Shown here: piece after piece, positions 57,701-64,000 of the stretch
Layout: every line of letters starts with the position of its first letter
Numbering within the stretch: the first letter of the stretch is position 1
Assembly: GCA_964016885.1 (NCBI GenBank)
Contig: OZ024754.1
Coordinates: 36,642,001 to 36,706,000, forward strand
Direction of reading: 5' to 3'
DNA from: Eledone cirrhosa
Taxonomy: Eukaryota
Length of the DNA stretch: 64,000 nucleotides
Position numbers and translations under genes: made by a program
Notes under the pieces: model-generated
What the model saw: the letters and a program-made list of their open reading frames with translations, nothing else
Databases searched by the model: none
What the model was told of the DNA's origin: nothing

Positions 57701-59371
57701 CCATGCCTGGGATTGAACCCAGCCCTCATAGTTGGGAGGCGACCTTCTTAACCTCTTAGCCATGCCTGGGATTGAACCCAAGCCCTCATAGTTGGGAGGC
57801 GACCTTCTTAACCTCTCAACCATGCCTGGGATTGAACTCAAGCCTCATAGTTGGGAGGCGACCTTCTTAACCTCTCAGCCATGCCTGGGATTGAACCCAG
57901 CCCTCATAGTTGGGAGGCGACCTTCTTAACCTCTCAGCCATGCCTGGGATTGAACCCAGCCCTCATAGTTGGGAGGCGACCTTCTTAACCTCTCAACCAT
58001 GCCTGGGATTGAACTCAAGCCTCATAGTTGGGAGACGACCTTCTTAACCTCTCAGCCATGCCTGGGATTGAACCCAGCCCTCATAGTTGGGAGGCGACCT
58101 TCTTAACCTCTCAACCATGCCTGGGATTGAACTCAAGCCTCATAGTTGGGAGGCGACCTTCTTAACCTCTCAGCCATGCCTGGGATTGAACCCAGCCCTC
58201 ATAGTTGGGAGGCGACCTTCTTAACCTCTCAGCCATGCCTGGGATTGAACCCAGCCCTCATAGTTGGGAGGCGACCTTCTTAACCTCTCAACCATGCCTG
58301 GGATTGAACCCAAGCCCTCATAGTTGGGAGGCGACCTTCTTAACCTCTCAGCCATGCCTGGGATTGAACTCAAGCCTCATAGTTGGGAGGCAACCTTCTT
58401 AACCTCTCAACCATGCCTGGGATTGAACTCAAGCCTCATAGTTGGGAGGCGACCTTCTTAACCTCTCAGCCATGCCTGGGATTGAACCCAGGCCTCATAG
58501 TTGGGAGGCGACCTTTTTAACCTCTCAGCCATGCCTGGGATTGAACTCAAGGCCTCATAGTTGGGAGGCGACCTTCTTAACCTCTCAACCATGCCTGGGA
58601 TTGAACCCAGGCCTCATAGTTGAGAGGCGACCTTCTTAACCTCTCAACCATGCCTGGGATTGAACTCAAGCCTCATAGTTGGGAGGCGACCTCCTTAACC
58701 TCTCAACCATGCCTGGGATTGAACTCAAGGTCTTATAGTTGGGAGGCGACCTCCTTAACCTCTCAGCCATGCCTGGGATTGAACCCAAGCCCTCATAGTT
58801 GGGAGGCGACCTTCTTAACCTCTCAACCATGCCTGGGATTGAACCCAGGCCCTCATAGTTGGGAGGCGACCTTCTTAACCTCTCAGCCATGCCTGGGATT
58901 GAACTCAAGGCCTCATAGTTGGGAGGCAACCTTCTTAACCTCTCAGCCATGCCTGGGATTGAACTCAAGCCTCATAGTTGGGAGGCAACCTTCTTAACCT
59001 CTCAACCATGCCTGGGATTGAACTCAAGCCTCATAGTTGGGAGGCGACCTCCTTAACCTCTCAACCATGCCTGGGATTGAACTCAAGGCCTCATAGTTGG
59101 GAGGCAACCTTCTTAACCTCTCAGCCATGCCTGGGATTGAACGCAAGCCCTCATAGTTGGGAGGCGACCTCCTTAACCTCTCAGCCATGCCTGGGATTGA
59201 ACTCAAGGCCTCATAGTTGGGAGGCGACCTCCTTAACCTCTCAGCCATGCCTGGGATTGAACGCAAGCCCTCATAGTTGGGAGGCGACCTCCTTAACCTC
59301 TCAGCCATGCCTGGGATTGAACGCAAGCCCTCATAGTTGGGAGGCGACCTCCTTAACCACTCAGCCATGCC
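54713..59371 (-). repeat. 59/60-bp satellite (~78 copies) of a tRNA-like Pol III promoter unit
   Basis: Minus-strand unit GGCATGGCTGAGAGGTTAAGAAGGTCGCCTCCCAACTATGAGACCTTGGGTTCAATCCCA, with A box TGGCTGAG(A/T)GG and B box GGTTCAATCCC. Confidence 0.93.
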
Positions 59372-59856
59372 GGAGTCTAGCCCTCCAGGGATATAAACAG
59401 GTTGGATGTGTGACAGATCACAAGGTTTGGGGGGGGGGGGGGGAGAAGCGCAGCAATCTCTCGGCACGTGCCAGTTATTTGTTTAACTGGCGTTGTCTAA
59501 AACCCGCCCTCACCACCACCACCACCCGACACCACACAGAGAGCCACCCTTAACACCCTCATCATCAACTCCACTACACACATTACCACCACCTACACCC
59601 ACCTGCCATCTGATGGTATTACACCTCGCACCACTGGGCCTTCACCCCACTCCCCCGTTAGAGCAAATAAACCACAAACAAAGCGTTGTTTGTCTTTACC
59701 TACTTAATATTTCTCTCCCCCTCTCTCCCCCCCCTCTCTCTCTCTCTCTCTCCCTCTTCATCTATCTCTCTCCCTCTATCCCTCTATCTATTTATCTATC
59801 TCCCTCTCTATCCCTCTATCTATTTATCTCTCTCTATCTCTCCCTCTCTATCTGGT

Positions 59857-60703
59857 AGTGGAGGTGGTGGTGGTGGTGGTGGTGCTAGTGGTGGTGGTGG
59901 TGGTGGTGGTGATGTTGGTGGTGGTGGTGGTGGTGTTGTTGTTGTTGTTGGTGGTGTTGTTGGTGTTGGTGGTGGTGGTGTTGTTGTTGGTGGTGTTGGT
60001 GGTGTTGGTGGTGGTGTTGTTGGTGTTGGTGGTGGTGGTGTTGTTGGTGTTGGTGGTGGTGGTGTTGTTGTTGGCGGTGTTGGTGGTGTTGGTGGTGGTG
60101 TTGTTGTTGGTGGTGGTGGTGGTGTGTTGTGGTGGTGGTGGTGCTAGTGGTGGTGGTGGTGGTGGTGGTGATGTTGTTGGTGGTGGTGGTGGTGTTGTTG
60201 TTGTTGGTGGTGTTGTTGGTGTTGGTGGTGGTGGTGTTGTTGTTGGTGGTGTTGGTGGTGTTGGTGGTGGTGGTGTGTTGTGGTGGTGGTGGTGGTGGTG
60301 TTGTTGGTGGTGTTGGTGGTGTTGGTGGTGGTGGTGGTGTTGTTGGTGTTGGTGGTGGTGGTGTTGTTGGTGTTGGTGGTGGTGGTGTGTTGTGGTGGTG
60401 GTGGTGGTGTTGTTGGTGGTGTTGGTGGTGTTGGTGGTGGTGGTGCTGTTGGTGTTGGTGGTGGTGGTGTGTTGTGTTGGTGGTGGTGGTGTTGTTGTTG
60501 TTGGTGGTGGTGGTGGTGGTGGTGGTGTTGGTGGTGGTGGCGGTGTTGTTGTTGGTGGTGTTGGTGGTGGTGGTTGTGTTGTTGTTGGTGTTGGTGTTGG
60601 TGTTGGTGTTGGTGTTGGTGGTGTTCTTGGTGGTGGTGTTGGTAGTGTTGGTGTTGGTGGTGGTGTTGTTGGTGTTGGTGGTGGTGGTGGTGGTGGTGTT
60701 CTT

Positions 60704-60746
<43 letters not shown>

Positions 60747-60805
60747 CTGTTATTGCTGTTGTTGTTGTTTTTCTTGTTGCTTTTGTTGTTGGTGTTGTTG
60801 TTGTT
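59857..60805. repeat. (GGT/GTT)n trinucleotide repeat
   Basis: Directly visible. Confidence 0.95.
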
Positions 60806-61038
60806 TAGCCCAAGGTCAAGCCCGGTGCAGCAAACATACCTGTAATCAAAGGACGTACTCATTAATTCCTGATAGTTGGAATATATACTCAACGTCTCTT
60901 CCATTGCTATAGATGTGTGTGTATGTGTATGCATGTGTGTGTGTGCGCAAGTGTATGTGTGTGTGTGCGCGCGTGTATGTGTGAGACATTTACAGGAGAT
61001 TTCGCTGCTATTTCTAGCAGGTAAAATTATAATATACA

Positions 61039-61137
<99 letters not shown>

Positions 61138-61157
61138 TATATATATATATATATATA

Positions 61158-61339
61158 TAACAAAGGAATTGTGGTAAGGAACCAGATGGACCATAACGCA
61201 CCAGAGTACTCAATACTTAGGGTAGTAGAGTGGGAAATAGGGAAAAGTATGACCCCCGACGGCAGAGCTCAAGCCGTTTCGACGGCTATTTCTGGAAATA
61301 GCCGTCGGCTTGAGCTCTGCCATCGGGGTCATACTTTTT

Positions 61340-61343
<4 letters not shown>
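61158..61343 (-). mobile_element. Diverged family B element with terminal hairpin
   Basis: Same tail as the other family B copies; hairpin at 61238-61343. Confidence 0.85.
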
Positions 61344-61389
<46 letters not shown>

Positions 61390-61395
<6 letters not shown>

Positions 61396-61604
61396 CAATA
61401 TTAATAAATAGAAAATATAGTATAAACTTAACAGTATAAGCTCGCTTATACTGTTAAGTCTACGCTAGGCTATGTCAATATCTTAACACTAAATATTATA
61501 TTTTCTCTGATGAAAGCACACTAAAATGTTGTGTCCTTGAAATACGTATAATACAATAAATATGGTATTATAAAGATATTTTCCATTTATTAATATTGTT
61601 AATA
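61390..61604 (+). mobile_element. Element with 28-bp inverted ends, an internal hairpin and a hammerhead-like core
   Basis: Ends tattaacaatattaataaatagaaaata / tattttccatttattaatattgttaata; CTGATGA 61507-61513; GAAA 61539-61542 followed by TACGTA. Confidence 0.65.
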
Positions 61605-61698
61605 TTAATAATACTCTCGAAAAATACTGTAGAGTGCTTCAAATCTTTTATAAAATTAACTTTGTTGAATGATAATCAACAAACAATATAACTCATTG

Positions 61699-61795
<97 letters not shown>

Positions 61796-62069
61796 GGAAG
61801 CAGAAAATTGCTTATTGTGATCCAGTTCGTGGTTAAGAAAGTCAGTTTCATGGACGGTTTCAACGTACGGTTAGGGGTAATTCCACAAGTTTGTAAGAAT
61901 TCCGTTCAATCTTGGAGTATAAAGTATAAAAAAGAAAACACAGGTAAGCATTAAGAGAAGGATTTTATCCAGGTATTTACGACCGTTTCATTGGTAAGTG
62001 CAACCTTATAATGCTATACTGCAAACAGCAGCTACTCAATGATAATTGTTGTTCACGTCCAAATTTTCA

Positions 62070-62120
<51 letters not shown>

Positions 62121-62429
62121 CGTTAGGTGGGCTCTCTCATGGGTACTTTGTGATAGGGGCTTGTGTGCGAGTAGGCGGAGGCGGAGGGGGTCCTTTATTA
62201 TTGTATGGTGATGAAGGAATTGTGTTTAAGCTAGCTGGCTACTTCGGTACATTGTAAAAAGAGGCAGTGCATGAGTTGACTGGGTCCTTCATGAATGTTT
62301 ATTGTTGAAGGGGTGTGGTGGTGGGGTGGGGTGGGGGGTTCTTCTTGAGGTTGAGAAGTTGTTTCAGCTAGCTAGGCTCCTTCATGTGTGCTTGGTGATA
62401 GAGGGAGGATTTTAACGTGTGTGGAATAT

Positions 62430-62790
62430 GAATACACGCACACACACACACACGCACAAACACATAAATATACTCGCACACACACACACACACACGCACG
62501 CACGCACACACACACAGACACACACACACACACGCACACACACACACACACACAAACACATAAATATACTCGCACACACACACACACACGCACGCACACA
62601 CACACAGACACACACACACGCACGCACATACACACACACACGCACACACACACACACACACAAACACATAAATATACTCGCACACACACACACACACGCA
62701 CGCACACACACACAGACACACACACACGCACGCACATACACACACACACGCACACACACACACACACACATACACGCACGTACACATACA
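62430..62790. repeat. CA-rich ~100-bp minisatellite
   Basis: caaacacataaatatactcgc recurs three times. Confidence 0.85.
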
Positions 62791-63087
62791 TAGAGCACAG
62801 AAGCGAGCTGGTATTTTATCAAACTGGTTTATTCCCTTCTTGTCACTGTTTGAACAATAGGCCCAATACTCCATCCCCTGTAATATATTTTCAATTACCT
62901 TTCAGAATTCGGCACCCTTAAAGTGGATTTCGGTCTCGTCATGATCCTAACGACTAAACTGCTTTGTGCAAACATTGGGTACTCACAAACCTTTCACAAA
63001 GCTTACCATGTCAAGCAGGTTTTGAACAAAGGGCCGAGTTAATTATAGTTTCTTCTATTTCAACTATTGATTGTGGAGAGGAAAAAG

Positions 63088-63578
63088 GCGGTGAATCGGC
63101 AGACTTATTAAAACCCCGAATAGAGTGCATTACGGCATTCGTACTCTCTGGGGCATTCTCTGCTCCCTGAGTTCAAATCCCGCCTGGGTCAACTTTGTCT
63201 TTCATCCTTTTATTATTTTGATTGGTGGATTGGCAGTGTCGGTAGAGGGTCGGACGCCATGCTTTCCAGCATAGTTACGTCCCTTTACGATCTGAGTTCA
63301 AATCCCGCCGAGGTCGACTTTGCCTTTCATCCTTACGGGGTCGATAAAATAAAAGTACCAGTAATGCACTGGGTAATTGCTGGCCTTGTGCCTAAAGTAG
63401 AAACAATTATTTTGATAAAAAAATAAGTACCAGTCTAGTACTCAGTTCGATTCTTCCTCTATAGCTCTTTCTCACTTCCTCTCTTTCACTTTCTATCACT
63501 TCTCTGGTAGGATTGAAGAAATCTTCTGTGTTCAGACCTGGAGAGGTATGGGCTCCGCCAGGCTTACAATGCTAATGA
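63088..63578 (+). mobile_element. Old long-tailed SINE interrupted by a younger main-family SINE (63223-63405)
   Basis: ATTATTTTGAT is duplicated at 63212-63222 and 63406-63416 around the inner copy. Confidence 0.8.
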
Positions 63579-63580
63579 AA

Positions 63581-64000
63581 CACCACATGTCACACCACAT
63601 GAAACACCACATGCCACACCACATGAAACACCACATACCACACCACATGTCACACCACATACCACACCACATACCACACCACATACCACACCACATACCA
63701 CATGTCACACCACATGAAATACCACATCCCACACCACATACCACACCACATGCCACACCACATACCACACCACATGCCACACCACATACTACACCACATA
63801 CCACACCACATACCACACCACATGCCACACCACATACCACACCACATACCACACCACATACCACACCACATACCACACCACATGCCACACCACATACCAC
63901 ACCACATACCACACCACATGCCACACCACATGAAACACCACATACCACACCACATGTCACACCACATACCACACCACATACCACACCACATACCACACCA
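63581..64000. repeat. 10-bp satellite (CACCACATAC)n running off the window
   Basis: Directly visible. Confidence 0.95.

Noticed and set aside
54711-59553. Repeat-protein ORFs, or a CRISPR-like array, in the 60-bp satellite
   Set aside because: Units are contiguous with no unique spacers, frames break at the 59-bp units, there are no cas genes, and the context is eukaryotic.
59858-61213. Long V/G/H/T-rich ORFs
   Set aside because: Translations of (GGT)n and other microsatellites.

Overview
This window is eukaryotic, very AT-rich and saturated with repeats. The dense (TA)n/(CA)n/(TATG)n microsatellites and tRNA-derived SINEs suggest a cephalopod (octopus-like) genome, which is an inference from style. 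No host protein-coding gene is recognisable, and almost all ORFs in the track are microsatellite artefacts. The only clear coding unit is a full-length, apparently young L1/Tx1-type LINE (32668-38377, minus strand) with a 16-bp TSD in a (GATA)n tract. Smaller RTE, R4/Dong and Tx1 fragments and many SINEs are also present. The most striking feature is at 51927-54063: about 5.8 identical 310-bp units plus one inverted unit, each carrying a type I hammerhead ribozyme in a strongly self-complementary sequence. This is a candidate retrozyme producing a 310-nt circular RNA. It belongs to a wider pattern of short head-to-head fold-back elements in (TA)n tracts, several with hammerhead cores. Other notable structures are a ~78-copy satellite of tRNA-Gly(CCC)-like Pol III promoter units (54713-59371) and a 29-copy satellite amplified from inside an RTE coding fragment (28289-31403).
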